Assembly: GCF_963921235.1 (NCBI RefSeq)
Contig: NC_086108.1
Span: 101,806,001-101,870,000 of the forward strand
Direction of reading: 5' to 3'
Origin: Mobula hypostoma
Taxonomy: Eukaryota
Length of the DNA: 64,000 bases
Position 1 is the stretch's first letter, and every line of letters starts with the position of its first letter. The notes beneath the pieces are model-generated. The model was not told where the DNA came from. It did no database searches and saw only the letters and a program-made list of their open reading frames with translations. The position numbers were made by a program, and so were the translations under genes. Positions 12,444-24,745 of the stretch are shown here, piece after piece.

Positions 12444-13265
12444 ATAGATTGTGGAATGTGCTGTCAACAGTTTCCTGTGAATTGTTTCTCTCTTCCTTGA
12501 GCTCTGCTCAGCTTCCAATCGAAAGATCACCCTGGTGGCAAATTGATTCCATCAACCTTACCTCTTGATTGCTCCATCTGCATCCTGTCAGCGTGGTGCA
12601 AGACCATGATTTAAGACCATAAGACATAGGAGCAGAATCAGGACATTTGACTCATTGAGTCTGCTCCACCATTCCAGTATGGTTGGTTTATTATTCCTAT
12701 CAACTGCATGCTCCTGCTTTCTCCCTGTAGCCTTTGACACCCTTACTAATCAAGAACTTATCAACCACTGCTTTCAATGATTTGCTCTCCACAGCCATCT
12801 GCAACACTGAATTCTACATTATCACCACCCTCTGGCTAAAGAATCTCCTCCTCATCTGTTCTAAAAGGATGTCCTTCTATTTTGAGGCAGAGTCCTCTGG
12901 TCCAAGACTCTCCCACTATAGGAAACATTGTTCCTATGTCCACTCTTTGAAGGCCTTTCAATATTTGACAGGTTTCAACTAACCTAAAAGCCTGCTTGCA
13001 TTTACCCCATCTATACCTTTCTTAATCTTGTACGTCTCTATCAAATCTCTCCTCATTCACCTGTGCTCCAGGAAAAATGTCCCAACCTATTCAGTCTTTC
13101 CCTATAATTAGGTCCTCAGGTCATTGCACCATTCTTGTAAAATTTTTTGTGCTCTTTCAATCTTATTGTTACCTTTTCTGTAGGTAGGTGACCAGACCTG
13201 TACTCAACACTTCAAACTAGATCTCAATGTAACATCCCAACTCCTGTACCTTGTGCAATACTTTG

Positions 13266-13996
13266 TATAACCCTCTCACTGTGAGCTCATAATGATTTAA
13301 CTATTACTGTGAATGCAAACGAACAACAACGTTACTCTACAATGCATGGGAATAATGATGAAAAGGACATGTCCAATAAATAAACAAGTCTAGGCTAGAT
13401 GTGATTCGGGTAAACACCAAGAAATATTTGAATATTTCCTTAAGGGAAAGTAAACCTATCATTAGTATGACTACTGATATAACCATACAAATTTACCATT
13501 CACCTAGAAGCAATAATTTAGCTTATACCAATACTGTATAAATTTAGATTGAAATTGTATTGACAAAGTATTTTAAACTATATAAAAAAACAAAATAAAG
13601 AAAAGGGCCCTTCATATATACATTATTCTTTAATTTGCATGTAATGAGCTCACAGTTGCATAATCAATCCAGTTTGCTTCACTTCATTTACTCATGGTAT
13701 CAAAACAGTTCTGCTCTTTAAAAAAAAAGTCCAAGCAAAACATAAATAGAAATCTGTTCTTTTTCCTACACCCTATCTACAATGCTCCCAAGATAAATCC
13801 TATCAACTAATTCAACAAGCCTAACTTATTAATCAACCGAATGTTTATCTTTAGCAGCAAAAAAATGACATACCCAATTGTACAATGTAATTAAAGGAAC
13901 ACTTATTCCATTTTGAGAAACTCTGCAGAAAATAAAATATCCAACAGTATAACTGCATTAACAAAATAAAGCATGGTCTTAAGCCAGGGTATTACA
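13266..13996. mobile_element. AT-rich solo-LTR-like or MITE-like insertion
   Basis: Interrupts CR1; ends TATAACCC...GGGTATTACA (imperfect inverted termini); TTTG flanks both sides (13262-13265, 13997-14000). Confidence 0.5.
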
Positions 13997-15058
13997 TTTG
14001 ATTTATGAAGGCCAATACTTTGATATATGAAAGCTCTTATTTCAACCCTATTTATCTATGACACCACTTTCAAGGAATTATGGATGTGTATTCTGAGATC
14101 CCTCTGTATTGTAATACTTCCCACTATCCTATCATTCAACAAGTCCTAACCTGGTTGGTCATCCCAAGGTGTAAAACCTCACACTTGTCAGCACTAAGTT
14201 CCATTGGCCATTTACAGCCCATGTTTCCAGCTAGTCCAGATCCTGTTGAAAGGTTTGATAATATTATAGTGTTCCTTACTGTCCACTACATCCCCAATCT
14301 TGATGTCATCAGCAAATTTGCTATCCAGTTTACCACATTATCATCCAGATCTTTGATATTGAAGACACACAATAATGGACCCAGCACTAATCCCTGCAGC
14401 ACTCCACTAGTCACAAACCTTCAGTCAGAGAAGCAATCATCTACTATCATTCTACGACTTATTCCACAACGCCAATGTCAGGTTGATTTTACTACCTCAT
14501 CCAGAATTAGTGAACCTTCTTGACCAACCTTTCATGTGGAACCTTGTCAAAGATCTTGTAGTCAAGATCCACTGCTCCCCCTTCACCAACCTCCTCAGCA
14601 TATTCTATAAAATTGGTTTAATACAGTTTACTATGTATTAGAGTGATTTTTGGGTTTAAGTCATTTACGTTCAGCAAAGGGCTTTGGCTACCAGTCTTCT
14701 GTTCCTTGAAAATGTATTGTGGATTTAATTTGGAACAATGCATTCCTAGAAGCTGTGAATCCCAGTCCACAGACTGTCATGGTCCGGTCCGTGAAGTCCG
14801 CATTCCGGTTCACGGTCCGGTCCATCAACCCTTGCTCCAGGTTTTCCTGTCTACCCTGTTTCTGTTCCTGTTTGAGGCAGCCTTTTCTCGTTGGGGCTGG
14901 ATGCATAAATACCTCCAGAGACCAGGGTGGGGTGCTGGATTGTTCTTGTCCTTACTCCTCGTATCCCTTCCCCTGCCTTCTATATCCTTGCCTGAAGCCT
15001 TGCCTTGTCTTGTCTTGCTGGTAACTCTCACCTTGCCTTGCATTACCTGAAGCCTTGC

Positions 15059-17844
15059 TGTCATGGTCCAGTCCGTGAAGACGGCATTCCGGTTCACAGT
15101 CCGGTCCGTGGACTCAGGACTCCGGGTCTTCCAGCTGTCCCTTGTTTGAGTTAATCATAGGCACCTGATTCCCAACTTTGGGCTTGCAATATAAGTAGCC
15201 TTGGGGTTGAGTGTGGGCTGCTGGTTTGTCTTGTCAGTCCCCCTTGGAGCAACCTGCTGATGGAAGGCTAGTGAAAACATTTGTGATCTCTAGGCCTGGT
15301 TGGAGGACTACTGCTTCATGAAGCCTTGTTGCCATTTGTTGGGGTAGTCTTTTCGGTATGGATTTGGCTGTTTCCTGGGTCAGCTGAGTGGCTGCCAGCC
15401 ACTCCGAGCTAGGTAGGGATCCGGCTGTTTCTGTAGCCAGTGGAGGTTGCTGGCTGAACTGAGACTTGGAGCTACCCCGGAGCAGAGATGGAACTGTCTG
15501 TTGTTCTTTGGTGTTTGTCTCTTCTTCTCCTCGCCTCTGTGGGGTAAGCCAGGCTGTTTTGCTGTTGCCCTGTGGGGGGGAGTACTGTCTTGTCTTGTCC
15601 TCGCCGCTGTGGGGTAAGTCAGGCCGTTTTGCCGTTGTCCTGCGGAGAACCTGTCTTGTCCTTGCCTCTTTTGGGTAAGTCTGGCTGTTCTGCTGTTACC
15701 TCATGGAGTGACCTGCCCCACCTTGGTGTGGAGATGAAGTTGAGACCCGGCTTGTTTAAGTATAAGTCCTGGCTCTATGTCAATGTACTGACCTGTCTCA
15801 TGTTGGTGTCGTGTTAATGATGAGTCCAACTTTTCGAAGGACAGGTCCCAGCTCTATGTTAATGTTCAGTTCCCAGTTGGTCTCTCAGCTCCAGCCTCCG
15901 AGTTATCAGCCTCCGCATTTCAAGTCAAAGATCCCTCAGCCAAGCTCCAAGAACCCTAGCCTCGACGATCCCACCGCCAAGCTCAAGATTCAAGAACCCA
16001 AGCCTCGAGGATCCCGCAGCCAAGCTCCAAGAACCCAAGCCTCGAGGATCCCGCAGCCAAGCTCCAAGAACCCAAGCCTCGAGGATCCCGCAGCCAAGCT
16101 CAAGACTCAAGAACCCAAGCCTCGAGGATCCCGCAGCCAAGCTCAAGACTCAAGAACCCAAGCCTCGAGGATCCCGCAGCCAAGCTCCAAGAACCCATGC
16201 CTCGAGGATCCCGCAGCCAAGCTCCAAGAACCCAAGCCTCGAGGTTCCCGCAGCCAAGCTCCAAGAACCCAAGCCCCGAGGATCCTGCAGCCAAGCTCCA
16301 AGAACCCAAGCCCCGAGGATCCCGCAGCCAAGCTCCAAGAACCCAAGCCTCGAGGATCCCGCAGCCAAGCTCAAGACTCAAGAACCCAAGCCTCGAGGAT
16401 CCCGCAGCCAAGCTCAAGACTCAAGAACCCAAGCCTCGAGGATCCCGCAGCCAAGCTCAAGACTCAAGAACCCAAGCCTCGAGGATCCCGCAGCCAAGCT
16501 CAAGACTCAAGAACCCAAGCCTCGAGGATCCCGCAGCCAAGCTCCAAGAACCCAAGCCTCGAGGATCCCGCAGCCAAGCTCCAAGAACCCAAGCCTCGAG
16601 GATCCCGCAGCCAAGCTCCAAGAACCCAAGCCTCGAGGATCCCGCAACCAAGCTCAAGACTCAAGAACCCAAGCCTCAAGGATCCCGCAGCCAAGCTCAA
16701 GACTCAAGAACCCAAGCCTCAAGGATCCCACAGCCCAAGCCTCAAGACTCAAGAACCCAAGCCTCGAGGATCCCGCAGCCAAGCTCCAAGAACCCAAGCC
16801 TCGAGGATCCCGCAGCCAAGCTCCAAGAACCCAAGCCTCGAGGATCCCGCAGCCAAGCTCCAAGAACCCAAGCCTCGAGGATCCCGCAACCAAGCTCCAA
16901 GAACCCAAGCCTCGAGGATCCTGCAGCCAAGCTCAAGACTCAAGAACCCAAGCCTCAAGGATCCCGCAGCCAAGCTCAAGACTCAAGAACCCAAGCCTCA
17001 AGGATCCCACAGCCCAAGCCTCAAGACTCAAGAACCCAAGCCTCGAGGATCCCGCAGCCAAGCTCCAAGAACCCAAGCCTCGAGGATCCCGCAGCCAAGC
17101 TCCAAGAACCCAAGCCTCGAGGATCCCGCAACCAAGCTCCAAGAACCCAAGCCTCGAGGATCCTGCAGCCAAGCTCAAGACTCAAGAACCCAAGCCTCAA
17201 GGATCCCGCAGCCAAGCTCAAGACTCAAGAACCCAAGCCTCAAGGATCCCACAGCCCAAGCCTCAAGACTCAAGAACCCAAGCCTCGAGGATCCCGCAGC
17301 CAAGCTCCAAGAACCCAAGCCTCGAGGATCCCGCAGCCAAGCTCCAAGAACCCAAGCCTCGAGGATCCCGCAACCAAGCTCCAAGAACCCAAGCCTCGAG
17401 GATCCTGCAGCCAAGCTCAAGACTCAAGGACCCAAGCCTCAAGGATCCCGCAGCCAAGCTCAAGACTCAAGAACCCAAGCCTCAAGGATCCCACAGCCCA
17501 AGCCTCAAGACCCAAGACCCCAGCCTCAAGCCAAGCTCAGGTCTCTAGACCCCAGCTATGTCTTGTCCTGAAGCCATGTCATGTCCTTGCCTGGTTCTGG
17601 GGTCTGAGCCTGAGGCAAGATCCAGGTTCTGGGTCCTTGTCCAGTCTCGGGCTCAGAGTCCAAGCCTTGTCTCCTAGTCCATGGTTCCTAGTCTTGGTTC
17701 CGCTTTTCTTAGCCCAAGTCTGCATTCTTGTCCCTGCTCTTAGTCTGAATCCTGTCACGTCCCTACTCTAGTCAAGTCCTGTTCCTTGAACTTCAGTGTC
17801 TGTGTCTTGCATTTGGATCCGTTCCCAGCACCCTCATTGTGGCA
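15059..17844. mobile_element. Solo-LTR-like element B' (same family as B), nested in B
   Basis: Same 5' end (TGTCATGGTCC.GTCCGTGAAG) and related 3' end (CCCTCATTGTGGCA); perfect TSD CTTGC (15054-15058, 17845-17849). Confidence 0.85.
15921..17540 (+). repeat. Minisatellite of 37-bp and 43-bp units with higher-order periodicity
   Basis: Unit CCAAGCTCCAAGAACCCAAGCCTCGAGGATCCCGCAG and a variant with CAAGACT; identical ORFs offset by 242 bp (16933 and 17175). Confidence 0.97.
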
Positions 17845-20364
17845 CTTGCCTTGTCTTGCCGGTAACTCTCGCCTCACCTTGAAGTTCTTGCCTCGCCTTG
17901 CATTACCTGAAGCCTTGCCTTGTCTTTCCAGTAACTCTTGCCTCACCTTAAGTTCTTGTCTTGCCTTGCATTGCCTGAAGCCTTGCCTTGTCTTGCCGGT
18001 AACTCTCGCCTTGTCTCACCTGAAGTCTTGTCTTGGAGCCACCCTGTACCTAGCTCCCTGCCTGTCCCTTGCCTCTGTCGGGTAAGCCAGGCCAGATTGC
18101 CATTACCCTGAGGTGAGTCCTCTTCATTCCTGTCCCTTGCCCTCCGTCGGCTAAGTCAAGCCAGATTGCCGTTACCCTGCGGTAGGTTCTGTCCCTTCCT
18201 GTCCCTTGCCTCCGTCGGCTGGAGACTCGCGCCCTGCCCAGGTGACCCATGTCCTGCCCAGGAGGAGCTTTAAGACCCGAAGTCTCTAGCCTCACCTCAC
18301 CGCAAGTCTCTAGCCTAGCCAAGCCCAGCCGAGCCTCAAGACCCCAAGCCTGAAGACTCCAGCCTCGTCCTGCCTGCCAGCCAATTCACGTCCTTGCCTA
18401 GTTCTGCGGTCGGATCCAGAGGCAAGACCCAGGTCCTGGGCCCTTGTCCAGTCTCTAGCTTGGAGTCCAAGCCCTGACTCCTAGCTCTTGTCCTGTCTTG
18501 TTCCAGGTTCCCGGTTTCTGTGTCCGTGTCCTAGCCCTCACACTGTATCCTAGTCCTGTCCCCTGTACTTCAGTGTCTATCACTTGCACTTGGGTCCGTT
18601 CCCAGCCACACCCTCATTATGACACAGACGCTACTGACAACTGTGGGATGGACGCAAATCAGAAGGTGTGAAGTTTGTATGTTCTTTCAAAAGAAAGCAT
18701 TGTCTATACTTTGTAAATATGGAATTGTCCTTTGTGTTTAGCAAATAAATATCAAGCCCCACATTGGGCCTGCAGACCCTTCCACCGAAAGTGTCTCTGT
18801 ATGATGCCTGCTGTACCGTGTTTTGTCGAATAAAGAAGCTGCTTTGTATCTACCAGTAACTCTCTGTGGTGATTTCATTCATGCAACAACACCACGCACA
18901 AAGCCATGTTGACTATCCCTAATCAGTTCATGTCTATCCAAATACTTATAATCCAGTCCTTTGGAATATCTTCCGATAACATACCTGCTACTGACATCAG
19001 GTTCAATGCCCTATAATTTCCCAGTTTATTCTTAAAGCCTTTCTTAAATAACTGAATAACATTAGCAATTCTCTGGCAATTCACTAGTGGCTAGGGATGT
19101 GATAAATATCTTTGCTAAGACCCCTGCAAATCCTGCATTTGGCTCCTACAAGGTCCAAGGAAACATCTTGTTAGGCCCTGGGGAGTTATTCACCTTAACT
19201 TACCTCAAGACAGTAAATACCTCCTCCTCTGAAATTGATATGCAGTCCATGACCTCATTACTGTTTTGCCTTCGTTCTATAGACCCTGTGTCTGGCTCCC
19301 GAGTAAACACCTGTTGCAAAAAAAATCCTTTTAAGATGTTCCCTATCTCTTTTGGCTCCATACATAGATGGCTATGCTGAATTTCAAGAGGAATAATTTT
19401 GCCCTTTGCTCTTCATATACCAGTTAGCCTTGCCTTTTATTCTGACAGGAACATATAAACTCTGTACTCTGTACGTGTATTTGGAAATGTACTTGTTGCA
19501 ACATCACAGCCACAGAGTGTCATATGTACAGACTTCCCAAGACTAGCATAAACTAGACAAAAATGGTACACATTTTTACAAGAAAACAGAGTTAGAACAA
19601 AAATAGAACAATCTGTTCCATAATGAATGTGTTTATTACCCGAACATCAAAAGTCTGTGAAATTCACTAAAATGCCTGCATTAGTGGTATCAGAATCTGA
19701 GTCTGTTTTATCATCATTGACCTGAAATTTGATGTTTTGTGGCAGAAGTTACTGGAAATGCTCAGCAGGTCATGCAGCATCAGTGGAGGGAGAAACAGGA
19801 GGAGAATTCAGATGAATGACTTTTTTATCCTGATGTATGGACTTCAGTGCTGAAGATATCAGTCTCAATAAGAGTGTTTTATTCAGTTGCAATGATCAGA
19901 ATTTGGAACACAAAGCAGATTAACATTTACCCTTCAAAGGTTAAATAGTGAAATATGACAAACTTTTTGTGGTTCAGCTGATTTCCTGTAAGTTAAATGA
20001 TTGGCTTTTCTGACAATGCATCGACTTAAACTCAGTTGTGGCTTTCCTTCACTGTAACAAGACAGTCTTTACCATTTTAAATAAAATATGTGCAAGGTAC
20101 TATGCGTTTTAAAGTTGATCAATGCATTTCCAATGGGATCATGTAAAGCCTTGTAATGTACGAGTCTGCCAGTAGTCAGAATGTAACCCAATCTCAAGGG
20201 CCTCATTATGCAATAGTATTGTGTTCATGCCAACACGAGTGTTGACAACAATTTCTGAACAGCCCAATTTTGTGCAGTATTTTATAGCAACTACAAGGCT
20301 GATGTTCAGGAAAAAGTGCAGTCGGTGTGATGAATTGTACTATAACAGATGGACAAAATCAAAA

Positions 20365-20685
20365 AGGGTGATGAATACAGGACTGAAGGTGTTTTATTTG
20401 AATGCACACACTATTTGCAATAAGGCAGATGAACTTATAGCACAGCCAGAGGTTACCAGGTATGACATTGTGAGTATTACTGAGCTGTGGCTGAATTAAG
20501 ATCATATTTGAGAGCATAACATCCAAGAATACTCATCGTATTAAAAGGAAAGACAGGTAGTCAGAGGCGGTGGAGTGGCTGTGTTGGTAAACAATGAAAT
20601 CAAATCCTTAGAAACAGGTGACATAGGATCAGAATTGTTGTGACTAGAGCTAAGGAAATGCAAGGGTAAATAAGTACTTTGTGTT
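20365..20685 (+). mobile_element. CR1 APE N-terminal fragment
   Basis: GLKVFYLNAHTICNKADEL..YDIVSITELWL. Confidence 0.75.
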
Positions 20686-21543
20686 GGCATCCAATAAGGA
20701 AAAGGACTCCTACTCCTGGGCCCTCGGCGGCTTCTTCTTCCTCTCACCCCAACCCTCCCCTCTCCACTGACACCACAAGCTTCCCTCCCCGTCCCACCTC
20801 TGATCCCACTTCTCATCCGTGCCGGGTCTTTACCATCCCCTCCGACCTTCAACTGTCTGAGGCAGAGCATTCTGTCCTCAGTAAGGGCCTCACCTTTGTC
20901 CCCCCTCGCCCACACCTCAGTGAGTTCCGCGTTCACCATGACTCTGAACTCTTCCGCCAGCTCCGTCTTCGAGCCTACTTCTTCGGCAAGGACTCTCCCA
21001 CCCCCACCGATGACCCCTTCCCCTGTCTTCAACCCTCCTCCTCTTCTTGGACACCCCGCTCTGGTCTTCTGTCTGACCTGGATCTCTTTATTGCTAACTG
21101 CCGACAGGACATCAACAGTCTCAACTTCACCACACTTTGTTCCCATTCCAACCTCACTCCTTTCTAAGGCCATTGTTTCCCACACCATTACCAACTTTAT
21201 CCGCTCAGGGGATCTTCCATCCACTGCTACCAACCACACCCCACAATTCCCGTTTCTACCTCCAACCCAAGATCCATAAACCTGCCTGTTCAGGTAGATC
21301 CATTGTCTCAGCTTGCTCCTGCCCCACCCAACTCATTTCTGCAAACCTCGACACTACTTTATTCCCCCCTTGTTCAATTCCTTACTACCTATGTTCGTGA
21401 CATTTCTCACGCTCTGAATTTTTTCGATCATTTTAAGTTCCCTGGCCCCCACCGCTTCATTTTCACCATGGGTGTCCAGCCCCTATATACTTCCATCCCC
21501 CACCGGGAAGGTCTCAAAGCTCCTCGCTTCTTTTTGGATTCCA

Positions 21544-23212
21544 AACATAGAAAATAGGTGCAGGAGTAGGCCATTCAGCCCTTCGAGCCTGCACCGCCAT
21601 TCAGTATGATCATGACTGATCATCCAACTCAGAACCCTGTACCTGCCTTCTCTCCATACCCCCGATCCCTTTAGCCACAAGGGCCATATCTAACTCCCTC
21701 TTAAATATACCCAATGAACTAGCCTCAACTGTTTCCTGTGGCAGAGAATTCCACAGATTCACCACTCTCTTTGTGAAGAAGTTTTTCCTCATCTCGGTCC
21801 TAAAAGGCTTCCCCTTTATCCTCAAACTGTGACCCCTCGTTCTGGACTTCCCCAACATCAGGCACAATCTTCCTGCATCTACCCTGTCCAATCCCTATAG
21901 AATCAATCTGGTGAACCTTCTTTGTACTCCCTCTAGGGCAAGAATGTCTTTCCTCAGATTAGGGGACCAAAACTGCACACAATACTCCAGGTGTGGTCTC
22001 ACCAAGGCCTCATACAACTGCAGTAGTACCTCCCTGCTCCTGTACTCGAATCCTCTTGCTATGAATGCCAGCATACCATTTGCCTTTTTCACCGCCTGCT
22101 GTACCTGCATGCCCCCTTTCAATGACTGGTGTACAATGACACTCAGGTCTCGTTGCACCCCACCTTTTCCTAATTGGCCACCATTCAGATAATAATCTGT
22201 TTTCTTGTTCTTGCCACCAGAGTGAATAACTTCACATTTATCCACATTAAACTGCATCTGCCATGAATTTGCCCACTCACCTAGCCTATCCAAGTCACCC
22301 CGCATCCTCTTAGTATCCTCCTCACAGCTAACACTGCCACCCAGCTTCATGTCATCTGCAAACTTGGAGATGCTGCATTTAATTCCCTCGTCTAAGTCAT
22401 TAATATATATTGTAAACAACTGGGGTCCCAGCACTGAGCCTTGCAGTACTGCACTAGTCACTGCCTGCCATTCTGAAAAAGTCCCGTTTATTCCCATTCT
22501 TTGCTTCCTGTCTGCCAGCCAATTCTCTATCCACATCAATACCATACCCCCAATACCGTGTGCTTTAAGTTTGCACACTAATCTCCTGTGTGGTACCTTG
22601 TCAAAAGCCTTTTGAAAATCCAAATATACGACATCCACTGGTTCTCCCCTATCCACTCTACTAGTTACATCCTCAAAAAATTCTATGAGATTCGTCAGAC
22701 ATGATTTTCCTTTCACAAATCCATGTTGACTTTGTCTGATGATTTCACCGCTTTCCAAATATGCTGTTATCACATCTTTGATAACTGACTCTAGTATTTT
22801 CCCCACCACCGATGTCAGGTTAACTGGTCTATAATTGCCCGGTTTCTCTCTCCCTCCTTTTTAAAAAGCGGGGTTACATTAGCCACCCTCCAATCCTCAG
22901 GAATTAGTCCAGAATCTAAAGAATTTTGAAAAATTATCACTAATGCATCCACTATTTCTTGGGCTACTTCCTTAAGCACTCTGGGATGCAGGCCACCTGG
23001 CCCAGGGGATTTATCTGCTTTTAATCCCTTCAATTTACCTAACACCACATCCCTACTAACATGTATTTCCCTCAGTTCCTCCATCTCACTAGACCCTCAG
23101 TCCCCTACTATTTCCAGATGATTATTTATGTCCTCCTTAGTGAAGACAGAACCAAAGTAGTTATTCAATTGGTCTGCTAAGTCTTTGTTCCCCATGATCA
23201 ATTCACCTGTTT
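21544..23212 (-). mobile_element. 5'-truncated CR1 inserted in the Penelope element
   Basis: RT ORF 21895-22809, nearly identical to 58327-58962; AAACATAGAAAATAGG tail. Confidence 0.93.
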
Positions 23213-24049
23213 CGACATAACCAGTTCCCCTCTACCACCACTCTGCTCCGTCTAGCGGAATTAGTCCTTACTCTTAATAATTTCTCCTTTGGCTCCTCCC
23301 ACTTCCTCCAAACGAAAGGTGTAGCTATGGGCACCCGTATGAGTACCAGCTATACCTGCCTTTTTCTTGGTTTTGTAGAACAATCCATGTTCAAAGCATA
23401 TACTGGTGTCTGTCCCCACTTTTCCTTTGCTTCATCAACGACTGCATTGGAGCTGCTTCCTGCACGCATGCTGAGCTCGTTGACTTCATTAACTGTGCCT
23501 CCAACTTTCACCCTGCCCTCACGTTTACCTGGTCTATTTCCGACACCTCCCTCCCCTTTCTTGATCTTTCTGTCTCTATCTCTGGAGAAAGCTTATCCAC
23601 TGATGTCTACTGTAAGCCTACGGACTCTCACAGCTACCTGGACTATTCCTCTTCTCACCCTGTCTCTTGCAAAAATGCCATCCCCTTCTTGCAATTCCTC
23701 CATCTCCGCCACATCTGCTCTCAGGATGAGGCTTTTCATTCCAGGACGAAGGAGTTGTCCTCTTTTTTTTTAAAGAAAGGGGCTTCCCTTCCTCCATCAT
23801 CAACTCTGCTCTCAAACGCATCTCTCCCATTTCACACACATCTGCCCTCACCCCATCCTCCCGCCATCCCACTAGGAATAGGGTTTCACATGTCCTCACC
23901 TACCATCCCACCAGCCTCCGGGTCCTACATATTTTTCTTTGTAACTTCCGCCACCTCCGACGGGATCCCACCACTAAGCACATCTTTCCCTCTTCCCCCC
24001 CCCCACTGCTTTCCGCAGGGATCGCTCCCTATGTGACTCCCTTGTCCAT

Positions 24050-24502
24050 TTGTCCCCCCCATCCCTTCCCACCGATCTCCCTCCCGGCACTTATCCTCGT
24101 AAGCAGAACAAGTGCTACACATGCCCTTACACTTCCTCCCTCACCACCATTCAGGGCCCCAGACAGTCCTTCCAGGTGAGGCGATACTTCACCTGTGAGT
24201 CGGCTGGGGTGAGATACTGCGTCCGGTGCTCCCGTTGTGGCCTTCTATATATTGGCGAGATCCGACGCAGACTGGGAGACCATTTCACTGATCACCTATG
24301 CTCTGTCCGCCAGAGAAGGCAGGATCTCCCAGTGGCCACACATTTTAATTCCACATCCCATTCCCATTCTGACATGTCTATCCATGGCCTCCTCTACTGT
24401 AAAGATGAAGCCACTCTCAGGTTGGAGGAACAACACCTTATATTCCGTCTGGGTAGTCTCCAACCTGATGGCATGAACTTTGATTTCTCTAACTTCCGTT
24501 AA
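24050..24502 (+). pseudogene. Penelope GIY-YIG endonuclease domain
   Basis: CYTC..FTCESAGVRYCVRCSRCGLLYIGE.RRRL..H..QPDGMN. Confidence 0.88.
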
Positions 24503-24745
24503 TACCCCACCTCCTCATCATACCCCATCCATTATCTATTAATTAATTCATTTATTTATTTCCTCCTCCCCCCTCCCCCCTTTCTTTCTCTCAAGGCCTC
24601 CCATCCCATAATCCTCTCCTATCCCCTTTGCCAATCAACTTTCCAGCTCTTAGCTCCATCCCTCCCCCTCCTGTCTTCTTCTATCATTTCAGATCTCCCC
24701 CTCCCACTCCCACTTTCAAATCTCTTACTAATTCTTCTTTCAGTT

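Larger units (their letters stand above)
14775..18624. mobile_element. Solo-LTR-like element B
   Basis: TGTCAT...ATGACA inverted termini; perfect 5-bp TSD CAGAC (14770-14774, 18625-18629). Confidence 0.85.
14634..18888 (+). mobile_element. Solo LTR A (14634-14774 plus 18625-18888), split by nested elements
   Basis: TGT...ACA ends; AATAAA at ~18829; interrupts CR1; TSD not clean. Confidence 0.6.
12605..19470 (-). mobile_element. Degraded CR1 fragments hosting LTR-like insertions (12605-13265, 13997-14633, 18889-19470)
   Basis: CR1 sequence resumes colinearly after each insertion, e.g. ...TTTACTA | ACACCACGCACAAAGCCATG. Confidence 0.8.

Noticed and set aside
15921..17540. CRISPR-like array
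   Set aside because: Units are head-to-tail with no unique spacers; no cas genes; eukaryotic context
15811..17771. 586-aa and 524-aa ORFs as host genes
   Set aside because: They are by-products of a stop-free minisatellite inside an LTR-like element; multiple frames are open with cycling peptides
19887..19945. Ig/TCR J-segment-like FGTQSRLTF
   Set aside because: It lacks the FGxG motif and has no heptamer/nonamer RSS upstream
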